Under the pieces are notes generated by a model. That model ran no database searches, was not told the DNA's origin, and was given only the letters and a program-made list of their open reading frames with translations. Made by a program: the position numbers and the translations under genes. This document shows positions 42,186-61,355 of a stretch of DNA of 64,000 bases, piece by piece. Source of the stretch: the human T2T-CHM13v2.0 reference genome, Homo sapiens. Within the stretch, counting starts at the first letter, position 1, and each line of letters opens with the position of its first letter. The stretch lies in NCBI RefSeq assembly GCF_009914755.1, contig NC_060947.1. One strand, 5' to 3'.

Positions 42186-45100
42186 ATATTCCTTTCCAAG
42201 ATAGAGTGGACTGGCCTACTGGCATTATGCAGAGGTCAATAGCTGGGCAGAGATAGGAGAACAGCTCTCTCTGCAGATCCAGAGTCTGCACTTTTTCCAT
42301 GGTCCCACGCTGGATCTGCTCAGTCTCTCTCTTGATCATGCTCAATTTTGTTGTGCCAGTTTTTTAGTTAAACAATGTTTTATTTAGCTTCTTCCATTGC
42401 CACTCAGGAGCCGACAGGCCTAGTGGTACAGTTTCTCTCCTTAAGTTTCTTTCTGAGGAAAAGTAAATAAGCAGCATAAATCAAACAACTGGAGCCTGCA
42501 ATTGCCACCAGCTCTGTCTAGGGCTGGTAATAGGAGGAGCAGAGTGAAATACACCTGAGCTATTGTGGCAATCAAGGCTGTTGACTGTCAACATCAATTT
42601 GCCTCTGATGATACCATCAGCCAATAGCGGAGGGTTTCCCAATCAACATGAGATGGAAATCAATGATCATGACAGAGGCGGTGGGATCTCTTGGAAAGGA
42701 GAAAGCACCAAAGTCAAAAAGCCTAGCTTCCTGAGTCAGCCCTGCCAACAACCCAGGCCTCCATCTCCTTATCTATAAAATAGAAACATTGAAACCGTCT
42801 AATCCACTGGGAGCCTCAAATAAAATCCAAGAGTAAACCTGAGATAAGAAGGAAACCAGGCCTAGGGTCAGTGCCTTTGGGGTCTTCTCCTGGTCTTGTG
42901 GCCCCAACTTGCTTTGAGAACTTGAGCAAGCTGTTCCCATGTCCCCGAGATCACTTCCAATTCTAATCCTCCTGGACTCCAGGATCCTTTGCAATGTCCT
43001 TTCAACTTTCATTTCAATTAAAACAAAAACCCTACATCCACTTCATTCTGGCTTTCTTCACCCTAAGTCTTTCTAAGAGTGCAGATCACAATCCCAGCCT
43101 GGTGTGCCTCACACAGTCCTTGGTTTGTGACAAAGACAGCCAAAGAAAGAATGACACTAACTATGAGAATATTAATAGCTAGAATTTTCTGAGTATTGAC
43201 TAGGTACGAATCAACATGCAGTGCCCCAGTTAATCCTCATAACAATCTAAGATACTCTCATTATTCACATTTTATACCTGGAGAGACTGATGCCCAGGAA
43301 AGTCAGAATCTTACAAAGAATGAGTAAGTTGGATTTAAAACCAAAACAAAACAAAATCATCTAATCCCATTCCTAGAGCCTGTTCTTTGCTGTCTTCTTA
43401 CACAAGCTGGGCTATGAAGAGCTGCCATGGCAGGCTTCCCTGTAGGGAGTTCAAAGGAGCTTCAGTGACTTGTGCACATCTTTGCATGTTCTCTCTCTCT
43501 CTCTTTCTTTCTCTCTCTCTCTGTCTTTCCCCACCGCTTTCCGCTTATCTCTGCCTTTGTTTTTGTGTTGGCCTCATTATCTGTACAGAACTTTTTCATA
43601 AGCAGGAAACAAGGCATTGCTCAACTCTTATTGTAGAAATTTCTGCAAAAAGCAGAGACTCTTTTCCTCCCCGTGTCTAAATCTCAGTGCCCAAAAAGGG
43701 TTCTGAGTGGCTCTATCAGGACTACCTGCCTGGTAAATCAATCCCTTACACCTAACAGTGGGGTCCTATGATAGCTTAGGCTTCAGCATGTGCCAATGCT
43801 GGAGGCCAGAAGAATATGCCTATGAGCTGAATGAGGCATTTAGGAGGCAAGAAAGCCACTGTGCAGAGCCTTGGCCATTTAATTCACAGTCTAAATGATG
43901 CATCAATTCCAAGGGTTCAATAGAACAGAAAATCAAGATGCAGTAAATAGGAGGCAGTCTGGAGAGTACTGACAAAAGTTCCCGCCCAATCCAGAGGGAC
44001 ACATACCCAATAGTCTCAAGTGAGGGCAGAATGGAAGTCATGACCCCCAGTATGGGCAGTCCAACTCACTTAATTCACCTGCAGCATATGAAGGGACTGG
44101 GTGTTCTTGAGCTCCATCTATCTATCTGCCCTCTTCCACCAGCATTGCATACAATAAAACTCAAGATGGTAAATGAAATTTTCATCTATTGATTATAGTG
44201 TGTAGGACCATCTCCAGTCCTTTGAAAGATCCTTTCCATGACACTAATTGCTGGGGGTTGGCATGTTTTAACGTGGGACTTGGAGCACAGGGGCCCTTCC
44301 TGGTAAAATGCCACCAGGGTCAGAGGATGGCTTGACAAATGGTGACAAACTGCATTGTCAACAACTGCACTGAATTAAATAGTAATGACAGAGGGGATCA
44401 CTGAAGACAGCATATGCAATTAGGAACATTTCAGAATGTGGACAAAAGTGCCACTCAAACTTGGAGAAAATAACTTCATTTAATTCTGCTTCAGTCAGCT
44501 GAAACATCCCATCAAAATCTGAGTTACTTTGCCAAACAAGTGAAATGTCCCTTCATTTTCCGGGAGACAAGCTTTTCCCTTCATGAGTCCAGCCAGAGCT
44601 GGCTTAGAGCCAGAACTAGTTTTATTAACCCCACATATCATTCAACTTTGAGCTCTACAGGGAACAGAAAAACAAAGTTTACATCACTCCTGGGGCTAGC
44701 AAAACAGTTAATGAAACAAAAATACCTTCACAAATAGAAATGATTTTCTGCCCGTCATCTCAGCATCCAGTAGCCTGCCCTTGCAAGGGGCCAGAAGAGG
44801 TCACCAGAAGGGATAGAGGCTGAGGTCTGCTCCAAGCTCCTAAGGGTAACTAACCTGTGGAAAAGGACTACCCCTTGGAGCAGGAGCTAGTTCCCTCTAT
44901 TCTGGGGACCATAGCTGCCCTAAAGAAGAGGTAAGTGGCATTCTCTGAACCATGACAGTCAGTCTCATCACATCCAGGCTCCTTTCTGAATCTAGACCTG
45001 GTAGAGAGGCCTGATGAACAACAGATTAGAGGCCCTGACAGCTACAGAGTTTCAGGAATGGTCTGTGTGGCTGGAGGATTCTCACACCTAGCTTCTAGGT

Positions 45101-46762
45101 CCAGGTCTGCCTCTCACAGCTTCCCTTCTCTAGCCTTCAGCTTTCTCACCTATTCAGCAAAAAGGACAGGCTAAATTATGTCCAGAAACAACATTCTAAG
45201 ATTTTAATCCTACATCCAACAATGTTAATAGCTTAGATTCCAAAAAATTCAGGGGCCAAGGCCCAAAAAGAAATGAGATGGAGAAAGAATATAGCACACA
45301 GTTTCTCCATAATATGCCATGGAGGGGTGAAGGTAACAGGATAAGCCTGGATGGTTTCCACTCTCTCCACCAAGCATTCCCTGCAAGTAGCGCTGTGGGC
45401 TGGAGCTGGAGTTCAAGGCCTGCCTGTCTCTTTCTTACTCTATGATCTCAAGCTGATCTGGTTTTTGCATTTGGGCAATAGGCACAATAGACTTAGCTCC
45501 AGAGTTTTTGTGAGGATAAATGTGAGGGTCTAGCCTGGATCGGAGTTCAATGTGTATTAGTCAGGGTTTCCCAGAGGAAAAAAACCTGAGGTTTGTTTAT
45601 ACAAGCATATACCCTCTCAAGAAAGAGTAAGTGAGCATCTTTTTTCGTATGAATAAATGAGCAACGGAATGAAATGTGATACACTAATGCACACATGTTT
45701 GTCACAAATATATTATCTCACACATGCTGACAAAATGGATACGCTCACCCACGCCTTTGGAGAGACACATTCACACACTCATGAAGCAGTCATGCGTGTG
45801 GAGGATTTATTAATGGAAATGTATCTCTCCCCTTTACTTGATTTCTTTAGTTAAAGTACACATGAGATAATAATTATGGAGTTTTATAAGGGCTTCACTT
45901 ATGTGGTGTCTAAACTTCACTTTTTCCCAAACCATAACATTTTGATGAGTAATGGAAATGGCTCTGCTTCAGGATTTGTGATCTTCCATATGTACCAAGA
46001 TGGGAGATGCCCTAGGGCTAAGCTCTCTGCATGATACTGAGTCATGTCCAAACCAAGAATCCAGCCTGGCAGTATCACAGTCACTGGGGCCTTTTAGGAT
46101 AGTGTCTGGACAGAGGAAAAGAGGGTGCTCATCCAGGGTGAGGGTCAGGATGAAGCTGAGGGTCCTCATAAGGCTAGGAGATAGAAGAATACTGAGGACT
46201 CAGTTACAAATACCTTATCCAAGGTAGAAAAGCCCTGGAGAACTAGGGAGTCAGCAAGGCTTGGCCTTGGAGCTCTGCCCCTGTAACTAGGGCCAGACTC
46301 TCCTTTAGCTCTTCCCTTCTACAACTGTAGGCTTTCAATTTGCCTCTTCGTCTACCTTACCACCCATCAATGCTTCCCCTCACCTCCTTTGCAGGGATGT
46401 TATGGGAATCAAAGAAATTCATAAGAAACACAGGACAGTGCCATCATGTGGCTGCAACATGATAAATGGCCGTAACTTTTACCATTTAAACTAGGTTTTT
46501 GGTGCCCATTCATACATGCCACAAATTTTGGTAGTTACAGCTTGCAACCGCCTGTCCTCAAACGGTCTTACCTGCTGTATCCCTTACTGATCCATTTCCT
46601 GTCACCAAATTAGGCAACTTCCTGTTGCGTGGACAGGACCCCAACATCCCAGTTGAAGCCCTTATTCAGGTACTGTTCCCCATATCTGAGACCCCATATC
46701 TGAGACCCCCTCCCTGCAACCTTATTCCATGGCACCCTGTCTCTGTGTGTTGACATCCTACT

Positions 46763-46868
46763 TGTGGTGGACAGACTCCAGGGTGACTCCTAAGATCTTG
46801 GCCTCTTGATGTTTACAACCTTGTATAATCCTCTCCCCTTGGGTGTGGGCAGGACATATGACTTGCTT
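46763..46868 (+). mobile_element. MLT1 (MaLR) LTR, 5' part
   Basis: TGTGGTGGACAGACTC...TGTATAATCCTCTCCCCTTGGGTGTGGGCAGGAC...GACTTGCTT. Confidence 0.75.
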
Positions 46869-47039
46869 GTTTAAAAACTATTTTAATTATTTGTTTTTTG
46901 AGATAATTGAAGATTCACATGCAGAGAGATCCCTACACCCTTCACCCATTTTCCCTCAATGGTAATATCTTGCAAAACTGTAATACATTATTGCAGTCAT
47001 GGTATTAATATTGATATATTCAAAATGCAAAATGTTTTA

Positions 47040-49967
47040 TTTTTTATTTACTTTATTTGTATTTTGTTATTTGGGGAACAGGTGGTGTCTGGTTACAAGG
47101 GTAAGTTCTTTAGTGGTGATTTCTGAGATTTTGGTGCACCCATCACTTGAGCAGTGTATACAGTACCCAGTGTGTAGTCTTTTATCCCTTAACCCCCCTT
47201 CCACCCTTTTCCTTGAGTCCCCAAAGTCCATTGTGTCATTCTTATGCCTTTACATCCTTAGCTCCCACTTATGAGTGAGAACACACAATGTTTGTTTTTC
47301 CATTTCTGAGTTACCTCACTTAGAATAATGGTCTCCAATCCATCCAGGTTACTGCAAATGCCATTATTTCATTCCTTTTGGTGGCTGAGTAGAATTCCAT
47401 GGTGTATTTATACATTTTCTTTATCCACTCGTTGATTGATGGGCATTTGGGCTGGTTCCATATTTTTGCAATTGTGAACTGTGCTGCTATAAACATGCAT
47501 GTGCAAGTATCTTTTTCATATAATGAGTTTTTTTCCTCTAGGTAGATACCCTGTAGTGGGATTGCTGGATCAAATAGTAGATCACTTTTAGTTCTTTAAG
47601 GAATCTCCGCACTGTTTTCCATAGTGGTTATACCAGTTTACATTCCCACCAGCAGAGTAAGAGTGTTCTCTTTTCACTACATCGGCGCCAACATCTATTA
47701 TCTTTTGGTTTTTTGATTATGGCCATTCTTGCAGGAGTAAGGTTGTGTCTCATTGTGGTTTTGATTTGCATTTCCCTGATAATTAGTGATGTTGAGCATT
47801 TTTTCATATATTTGTTGGCCATTTGTGTATCTTCATTTGAGAATTGTCTATTCATGTCCTTAGCCCAATTTTTGATGGGATTGTTTTTTTTTTCTTGCTG
47901 ATTTGTTTGAGTTCCTTATAGATTCTAGATGTTAGTCCTTTGTCAGAGGTATAGATTGCAAAGATTTTCTTCCACTCCGTGGGTTGCCTGTTTACTCTAC
48001 TGACTAGTTCTTTTGCTGTGCGGAAGGTTTTTAGTTTAATTAAGTCCCATCTATTTATCTTTGTTTTTGTTGCATTTACTTTTGGGTTCTTGGTCACGAA
48101 GTCTTTGCCTAAGCCAAATGCCTAGAAGGATTTTTCTGATGTTATCTACTAGAATTATTATGGTTTCAGGTTTTAGGTTTAAGTCTTTGATTCATCTTGA
48201 ATCAATTTTTGTATAAGGTGAGAGATGAGGATCCAGTTTTATTCTTCTACATGTGACTTGCCAATTATCCCAGCACCATTTGTTGAAGTGGGTGTCCTTT
48301 CCCCACTTTGTGTTCTTGTTTGCTTTGCTAAAGATCAGTTGGCTGTAAGTATTTGGCTTTATTTCTGGGTTCTCAATTCTGTTCCATTGGTCTGTGTGCC
48401 TATTTTTATACCAGTACCATGCTGTTTTGGTGACTGTGACCTTATGGTATAGTTTGAAGTCGGGTAATGTGTTGCTTCTAGATTTATTCTTTCTGCTTAG
48501 TCTTGCTTTGGCTATGTGAGCTCTTTTTTGGTTTTGTATGAATGTTAGAATTGTTTTTTCTAGTTCTGGGAAAAATGATGATGGTATTTTGATGGGAATT
48601 GCATTCAATTTGTAGATCGTTTTGGCAGTATTGTCATTTTCACAATATTGATTCTACCCATCTATGATCATGGGATGTGTTTTCATTTGTTTGTGTCATG
48701 TATGATGTCTTTCATCAGGGTTTTGCAGTTTTTCTTGTAGAGGTGTTTCACCTCCTTGGTTAGGTATATTCCTAAGTATTTTTTTTTTTTGTAGCTATTC
48801 TAAGAAGGGTTGAGTCCCTGATTTGATTCTCAGCTTGGTTGCCGTTGGTGTATAGCAGAGCTACTGATTTGTGTACATTAATTTTGTATCCTGAAACTGC
48901 TGAATTCATTTATCAAATCTAGGAGCTTTTCATATAAGTCTTTAGGGTTTTTAGGTATATGATCATGTCATTAGCAAACAGTGACAGTTTGACTTCCTCT
49001 TCACCGATTTGGATGCCCTTTATTTCTTTCTCTTGTCTGATTGTTCTGGCTAAGACTTCCAATAGTATGTTGAATAGAAGTGGTGAAAGTGGGCATCCTT
49101 GTCCTGTTTCAGTTCTCAGGGAGAACGCTTTCAACATTTCCCCGTTCAGTATAATGTTGGCTGTGGGTTTGTCATAGATAGCTTTTATTACCTCAAGGTA
49201 TGTCCCTTCTATGCCCATTTTGTTGAGCGTTTTAACCATAAAGGGATGTTGGATTTTGTCAAATGCTTTTTCTGCATCTATTGAGATGATCATGTGATTT
49301 TTGTTTTTAATTATATTTAATTATGTTTTGTTTTTAATTCTGTTTATTGACTTGCAGATGTTAAAGCATCCCTGTATCCTTGGTATGAAGCCCACTTGAT
49401 CATGGTGGATTATCTTTTTTGATATGCTTTTGGATTCAGTTTGCAGTATTTTATTGAGGATTTTTGCACCTGTGTTCATCAGGGATATTGGTCTGTAGTT
49501 TTCTTTTTTTGTTATGTCTTCCTGGTTTTGGTACTAGGGTGATACTGGCTTCATAGAATGACTTCAGGAGGAATTTCTGTTTATCTTTTGGAATAGTGTC
49601 AATAGGATTAGTACCAATTCTTTTTTTGAGTATCTGATAGAATTCAGCTGTGAATCCATCTGGTCCTGGACTTTTTTGTTGGCAATTTTTGAATTACCTT
49701 TTCAGTCTCGCTGCTTGTTATTAGTCTGTTCAGAATTTCTATTTCTTCCTTGTTCAATCTAGGAAGGTTGTATATTTCCAGGAATTTATCCATCTCCTCT
49801 AGGTTTTCTAGTTTGTGCATATAAAGGTGTTCATAGTAGCCTTGAATGATCTTTTGTATTTCTGTGGTATTGGTTGTAATATCTCCTGTTTTGTTTCTAA
49901 TTGAGCTTATTTGGATCTTCTGTTTTCTTTTCTTGTTTAATCTTGCTAATGGTTTGCCAGTTTTATT
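47040..49967 (-). mobile_element. L1PB-like element, 5'-truncated
   Basis: 3' end TTGGGGAACAGGTGGTGT...GATTTCTGAGATTTTGGTGCACCCATCAC. ORF2 fragments at 47628-49293. Confidence 0.88.
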
Positions 49968-51002
49968 TATTCAAGATGTGAAACATTTGCATCACCACAA
50001 GGATCTATTATGCTTTCCTTTTATAGGCACACCCACTTCCCTTCCACACTCACTCCTTCCTTAAATGCTGGAAACCACTAATCCGTTCTCCATTTCTACA
50101 ATTTTGTCATTTCACAAGTGTTATATAAATGGAATTATACAACATGAAATAATCATTTTCACTCAGCATTATCCTCTGGAGATTCATCCCAGTTGTTGTG
50201 TATATCAATAACATTTTCCCTTTTTATCGCTGAGTTGTATTACCTAGCATGGATGTGTCAGTTTTTTTTTTAACCAGTCACCCATTGAAGCACATCTGGG
50301 CTGTTTCCAGTTTGGGGCTATTATGAATAAAACTGCTGTAAATATTTGTGTGTGAGTTTTTGTGAGAACATAAGTCTTTATTTCTCTGGGACAAATGCCT
50401 AGGAGTGTAATTTCTGGGTTGCATGGTAGTTGCATGTTTAGTTTTCTAAGGAATTACTAAACTATTTTAAAGACTGACAGTGCCATTTTACATTCTCATT
50501 AGCAATGTTTGAGTGATCCAGTTTCTCTGCATCTCACCATCATTTGTTGTTGTCAATTTTGTTTTTTTCTTAGCTAATCTGATAGGTACAGCGATCTCTC
50601 ATTGTTGTTTTAATGTGCATTTCCTTATGGCTAAAGATGTTAAATATATTTTTGCATGCTTATTTGCCATCATGAAGTATATCCTCTTCAGTGAGATGCT
50701 TCCTTATGGCCTTTGCCTGTATTCCAATTGGATTGTTTGCTTTTTATGGTTGAGTTTTGACAGTTTTTTCTATAATTTAAATACCAGTAATTTGTCAGAT
50801 ATGCTCTTTGCAATTTTTTCTCCCAATCAATAGCTTGACTTTTTATCCTCTTAACAGAACTTTTCACAGAGTAGTTTCTATTTTGAAGAAGTCTAATTGA
50901 TCAATTTTTTATTTTACAGATCATGCTTTTTGTTACTATGCTAAAATCGTTTCCTGGTCCTAGATCATAAATATTTCCTCTTATTTTTTTCCTAAAAGTT
51001 TT

Positions 51003-55374
<4,372 letters not shown>

Positions 55375-55425
55375 TCCTAAAAGTTTTATAATTTTGCATT
55401 TTATGTTCAAATATGTAATCCATTG

Positions 55426-55505
55426 TTTTTTTTTTTGAGATGGAGTCTCACTCTGTCACCCAAGTTGTAGTGCAGAGGTGTGATCTTGGCTCACTGCATC
55501 CTCCT
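55426..55505 (-). mobile_element. Alu 3' fragment
   Basis: T tract + GAGATGGAGTCTCACTCTGTCACCC...GCTCACTGCA. Confidence 0.85.
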
Positions 55506-56139
55506 CTTTTTTTCAAAACTGTTTAACCTATTTTAGATCTTTTGCTTTCTCATATATAATTTAGAATAATCTTATCTATATCTGAAAAAAATCTTGTTGA
55601 TAATTTGACAGGCATTGCATTAAAACTGTGTTTATATTTAGGATAATTGACATCTTCACTATGTTAAGATTTCCAATCCATGGACATGGTATGCCTCTCC
55701 ATTACTTAAATATTCTTTTGATTTTTAACAGAGTTCTATATATGTTTTGTTAAATTTACCCCTAAGCATTTGATTGTTTGAAGGGATTGTAAATGGTATT
55801 GTATTTTTAATTTACGTGTCCACGAGTTCATTGCTAGCATACATAAATACAATTGATATTTGGATATTGGTCTTGTATCCTGTCACCTTTTCCGAACTCA
55901 CTTATTTGTTGTAGGGGATTTTTTATGGATTCCTTGGGATATTCTAGATAGCTAATTTTGACATCTGCAAATAGGGACAATTTTATTTCTTCCTTTCTGT
56001 TCTGTATCACTTTCATTTTGTATTCTCACATTATCACACTAACTAGAACTTTCAGGACTATGTTGGATAAGAGTGATAAAGGTGGGTATCCTTGCTTTGT
56101 TTTCTATATTAGGGGGAAATTTCAGTCTTTTGCTCTTAA

Positions 56140-57270
56140 GAAGCTGGGTTTTCTGGAGCCTGAAGCTGTGAGGATTGGCCTGGAGCCTGGCTCCACAGGG
56201 ACTGATTCAGCAGTGAGGTCTTGGGATGGGCTTACACCCTGGGTCTGCTGGAAGGCCAGCAGAGTCTAGCTTGGATAGTGGAGCTGTGGAGACCAGCCTG
56301 ACACTGGGCAAGCCCTGAGTACAGGGCCACTGGGTCTGGGTTGGTCCTGGGGAAGGCGTGGAACCTGAGTCTGTGGGAACTGACCTGGTGCTGGGGCAAT
56401 CCTGAAACCCCAGTTCACTGGAGCTGATCTGATGCTGGGGAACGTCTGGAGCCTGGGCCCACTGCGGTCAGTTGAGTGCTATGGCAGGCCCAGAGATCAA
56501 GTCTGTGGGGCAGGTCTGGAGGCTGGGGCTGTGGGATCACACCTGGCTTGGAGTCCCTGCCTGTGGGTACTGGTTTGGCATTTGTGGCCAGAGGGCTGGC
56601 CTGGTGCTGGTTGGGCCTGGAGTCTGTGTCTGCAGGGGCCAGCCTGATGGCTGGGGCTGTGGCAGTTGGCCTGGCAGAGGGGTGGGCCTGCAGCCTGGCA
56701 CCACTGGGGCCATCATGTGCTGGTTATGGGGGTGAACTGGGGCCTGCAGCTGCTGGTGCCAGCCCAGGGCCTGGGGCTTCTGGGGTTGACCTGGAAGTGG
56801 GGTGGCTTGGTGATGGAGTCCACCCCACCAGGCAGTCATGGAGCCTGGGTATGCAGAATTTAGTCTATCATCAGGGTGGGCCTGGAGGATCAGTCCACAT
56901 GTACCAGTCTAGGGTCTGGAGTGTCAGGGCCTGTCTGCCACTGGGTTTTAGTGGGACAGACCTAGTAGTGGGGTCCGAGGCAAAGTACAGTGCTCGCTTC
57001 CCTCTTCCTTCAAGCAAAGGGTACCTCTCTCCATGCTGTGCTGCCTGTGGTTGGGGGAGGGTTGACATGGATAATGTAGAACTGTCCTTGCTACCCTCTT
57101 CAATGTGTCTTTTCTTATTTCTGTGCTATACTCAGGTGCTATAATCTCTCACCTGGTTTCCTCAGCCTTTGTGAAGACATTTTCATGTGTGGATAGTTGT
57201 TCAAATTGATGTTCATGCAGACGAATGAGCACTGAAAAGTCTTATTTCACCATCTTGCTGATGTTACCCT
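56140..57270 (-). mobile_element. GC-rich, internally repetitive 5'UTR of an old L1M family
   Basis: Degenerate CTGGAGCCTGG...CACTGGGG units. Ends TATTTCACCATCTTGCTG, the reverse of a CAAGATGG L1 start. Confidence 0.65.
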
Positions 57271-60200
57271 TCCTCTGTAGTTTTCTTTTGTGGGAGTTTT
57301 TTATTAATCACAAAGTAATTTTCTTACGGGGCTATTCAAATTTTGCATTTCATACTGAGTGAGTTGTGGCAGTATGTGTTTTGCAAGGAACTGGCCCATT
57401 TCATCGAAGTTGTCAAATTTATCTGGGTAGAGTTAATCGTATACACATTATTATCCTTCAGATGTCTTCATGGTCTATATTAATATCCCTGTTTTATTCC
57501 TGGTATTCATGTATTTTCTCTTTCTTTGTCAGTCTTGCTAGAATTTTGTCAATTTATTGATCTCTTCAAGGAATCAGCACTTTCATTGATTTTTTTCTAT
57601 TTTAAAAATTTTTAATTTAATCAATTTCTGCTCTTATTCTTATTTTTTTCTTCCTCCTACTTGCTTGGGATTTATTTTACTGTTCTAGGTTCTTGCGATA
57701 AAAGCTTAGATTATTGATTTGAGACCTTTTTTCTAATGTATGCATTTAGTGCTATAAATCTATTAGCACTGCTTTAGCTGGGTCCCACATGTTTTGATAT
57801 ACTATATTTTTACTTTCATTCAGTTTAATGTATTTTATATTTTCTCTTAATATTTTCTGTTTGACTCATGTATTATTTGGAACTGTGTTGTCTAGCTTCC
57901 CTATGTTTTGAAACTTTCCTTTTATTTTTCTGTTATTGATTTCTAATTTGATTCCAATATGATGATCATAGAATATTCTCTGTATGATTTCAATGCTGTT
58001 AAATTTGTTGAGGCATGTTTTATGGCTAAGTGTATTGTTTATCTTGGCATATGATTTTTGAACACTTGAAGAAAATGTGTATTGTAGTGTTGTTGAGTGG
58101 AGTACTCTATTAATGTTCATTGGATCCTGCTGTCTGATGGTGTTACTGAGTTGTCTATTCTTGCTGATTTTCTGTCTAGTTGTTCTATTATCATTGAAAG
58201 AAAAGTATTGAAGTCTACAACTCTAATTGTAGATATGTCTGTTTCTCATTTTAGTTCTATTAGTTTTGGCTTCATATGTTTTCCAGCTCTATTGCTTGGT
58301 GTATACCCATTTTGGATTGCTATGTCTTTTTGGCAGATTGACCTTTTAGGAACATAAAACATGTATTTCTCTAATACATCTGGCAATTTTCTTTGTTCTG
58401 AAGTCTACATTTTCAGATAATATAGTTATGTCTGCTTTCCTTTGCTTAATGTTTTCATTATATATCCTTTTCCATCCTTTATTTTCAACCTGCCTATATA
58501 ATTTTATTGGAAGTGACTTTCCTGTAAACAGTATATAGTTGGGTCATGTTTTTTAAATCTACTCTGCCAATTTCTGTCTTTTAATTGTTATGTATAGACC
58601 ATTCACAATTAATGTAATTGTTAACTTGGTAAGGCTTAAAGTGAACTACCATTTTATTTTTTGTTTTCTTTTTTCTTCTGTTGTACGTTTCTCTTTTATT
58701 TTCTCTTCCTTTCTCTGTGTTTCTTGAATATTTTTCAGATTTCATTTTAATTTATCTATAGTGTTTTTAGTGTATATCTCTGTATGGCTTTTATTGTAGT
58801 TACTATAAGAATTACATTGTATACAGTAACTAATCCAAGTTTACTGGTGTCATCATTTTACTAGTTCAAGTAAAATGTAGAAAACTTATTTCTCTTTGTG
58901 TCTCTACACTTTTGTATTTGTAGTATAATTGTTTTTAAATATTTTCCCTATATGCATTTAGAAAAATATTAGACAATATTATATTTGCTTCAACCATCAA
59001 ACATTATTTAGGAAAATCAAAAGGATTTAAAAAGCCTACTGTGTTTACCCACTTTTTGTTTACTGTGCTTTTTCTTACTTAATTTTCAAGATTCTTTGTC
59101 TGATAATATCTTGACGTTTCCTTCATTCCTGAAGGATATTTTCACTGGGCATAGGATTCTGGGTGGACAAATCTTTTCTTTCAGCATTAAAAAAATATTG
59201 TGCCACCTCTTTTAGTCCTCCGTGGCATTGTTTTTCTCTGGTTGCTTTCAAGATTTTATCTTATATTTAGTATTCAAAAGTTTAATCAGGATGGGCTTTG
59301 GTAAGGATTTCTTTAAGTTTATTCTGTTTGGGGTTCACTCACCTTCTTGGATTTGTACGTTTATGTCCCTTGCCAAATTTGGAAAGTTTTTAGCCATTAT
59401 TTCTTTGCATAGTTTTTCAGCTCCTTCTCCTTTTTCCTCTCCTGAGACTCCAATGACATTGAAGTTTTATCTTTTATTATAGTACCACAGGTCCCTGAAG
59501 CTCTGTTCATTTATTTTTTGAAGTATTTTCTCTTTGTTGTTCATATTGGGTAATTTCTCATTGTATTCCATCTCTCAGTTCATTGGGAATTTTTTGCCCT
59601 CTGTTCCCCCATTCTGCTGTTGAGCCTGTCAACTGAGCTTCTTATTTTGGTAATTGGATTTTGTAGTTCCAACAACTTCCATTTGATTCTTCTTCATATC
59701 TTCTGGGTTTTTTGTTGTTGTTGTTGAAGCTTTATTTTTTTTCTGAAGCCTTCCATTTTTATCATTTGTTTAAAAAATGTTAATAAATGCTCATTTAAAC
59801 ATTTTTATCATGGATGCTTTAAAAATAATTGTCGGATAATCCTAACATCTCTGTCATTTTGATGTTGGAATCTATTAATTGTCTTTTAGAATTCAGTTTG
59901 AGATCTTTCTGGCTCTTAGTATGACAAGTTACATTTTGTTGAAACATGCACGTTTTCATATTCTGTTATAAAACCCTAGATCTTATTACAACCTTCTATT
60001 TTAAATGACTTCCTCTGACTACACTCTAGCAGGTAAAAAAGAGGGTACAGTGTTGTAATTGTCAGGTAGAAGTGGAAGTCCATTTTCTCTACTTGGCTTT
60101 CACTGACATCCAATGGCGGGTTCATTATTATTGCTGGGAAGTTTCCACCAGTACCACATTATAGCTGAGTGGCTTTTAATAGCATTACAATAGGGATGAC

Positions 60201-60900
60201 TTCATTACTTCTTGGCAGTGGTGAAAGTCCTGACTCTCTATTAGGCTTCCTCTGACACCACCCTAGAGGGGAGAAAGGTGCTTTTTTACTGCCAGATGGG
60301 AGTGGAAGTCCAAGCTTGCCACCTGGTCTCCACTGATAACGCTAAGGAAGGAAAACGCTAATTACTCGCTGATGGGAATGAAAGGCCTAGTTTCCTACTC
60401 AACTTTCCTCACTACCACTCTGATAGGGCTGCTACATTTCTCATTATATCCTCTCAAGGAAGTAAGTTTAGGCTTCCTGCTCAGACTTTGCTAGCATGGG
60501 TGCGGTGGAGCAGTTTTATGAGTTTGTGTGTGCGTTTATTTGGTTGGAGTGAAGCAGTTACTGTCTAAAAGTTTTCTGCCGTGCTAGGCTGCCCTTCCCC
60601 TGGTTCTTTGGCTAGAAAGAGCAGACTTTTGTTCAGACTTTTTTTTGTCTGTGCCCTGTTGGTGTTTCTAGGTCACTGTCTTCATCAACTTCAAGTCCAG
60701 GATATATAAAAGAAAAAGAAAACTCAGGGTATACACCACCGGTTTTTTCCCAGGGTTTGGAGGTCCATAATTGGTTTACTCTCTTCTCTCTGCCTTTCAG
60801 AGTCTTGCGTTTGTTTTATTTAATGCCTAAGGCTTTTAGTTGTACAGTGGAAGAAATAGGAGAAAGTATGCCTATTTCCTCCTCCCAGAAGCATAAATCC

Positions 60901-61355
60901 ACTTGCTTTACACTGTTAGACTACAGCACAAGTTATTAGTGTCACTTAGATGATTTCATTATGTTATATACGACTCCATCTTGCCAGAAAACGTGTTCTA
61001 GAGACTCTCGTTGAGGTGGCCATGTTGGGGAAGTCTGCATGGCAAGGAACTGCCAGACTCTAGTAACTTCAGCCATCAATGACTACCAGCAAGAATCCAG
61101 AGCCATCAGTCCTGTAAGGAAATGAATTTTACCACTAACCTGAGACTGGAAGTGAGTTCTTTTCCAGCCTTGCCTCCAGATAAGAACACAGTCATGACTG
61201 ATGCCTTCATTACAGCCTTATGAGACCCTGAGCTGGGGAACCATCTAAATAATATTCAGACTTTTGGCCATCAGAAACGGTCAGATAATGAATGTATTTT
61301 TTTAACCTGTTAAATTTGTGGTAATTTGTTATGTAGCAATAGATAAACAATATAC
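60901..61355 (+). mobile_element. MLT1 (MaLR) LTR, 3' part
   Basis: CATGGCAAGGAACTG...CAGCCTTATGAGACCCTGAGC...TTTGTGGTAATTTGTTATGTAGCAATAGATAA. Confidence 0.8.

Noticed and set aside
46678-46705. 14-bp tandem duplication CCCCATATCTGAGA, with similar small ones near 23070 and 39805
   Set aside because: Ordinary slippage duplications with no functional context.
56476-57144. 222-aa Gly/Ala-rich ORF
   Set aside because: Lies in a GC-rich repetitive L1 5'UTR where stops are rare; non-ATG start and no recognisable domain.
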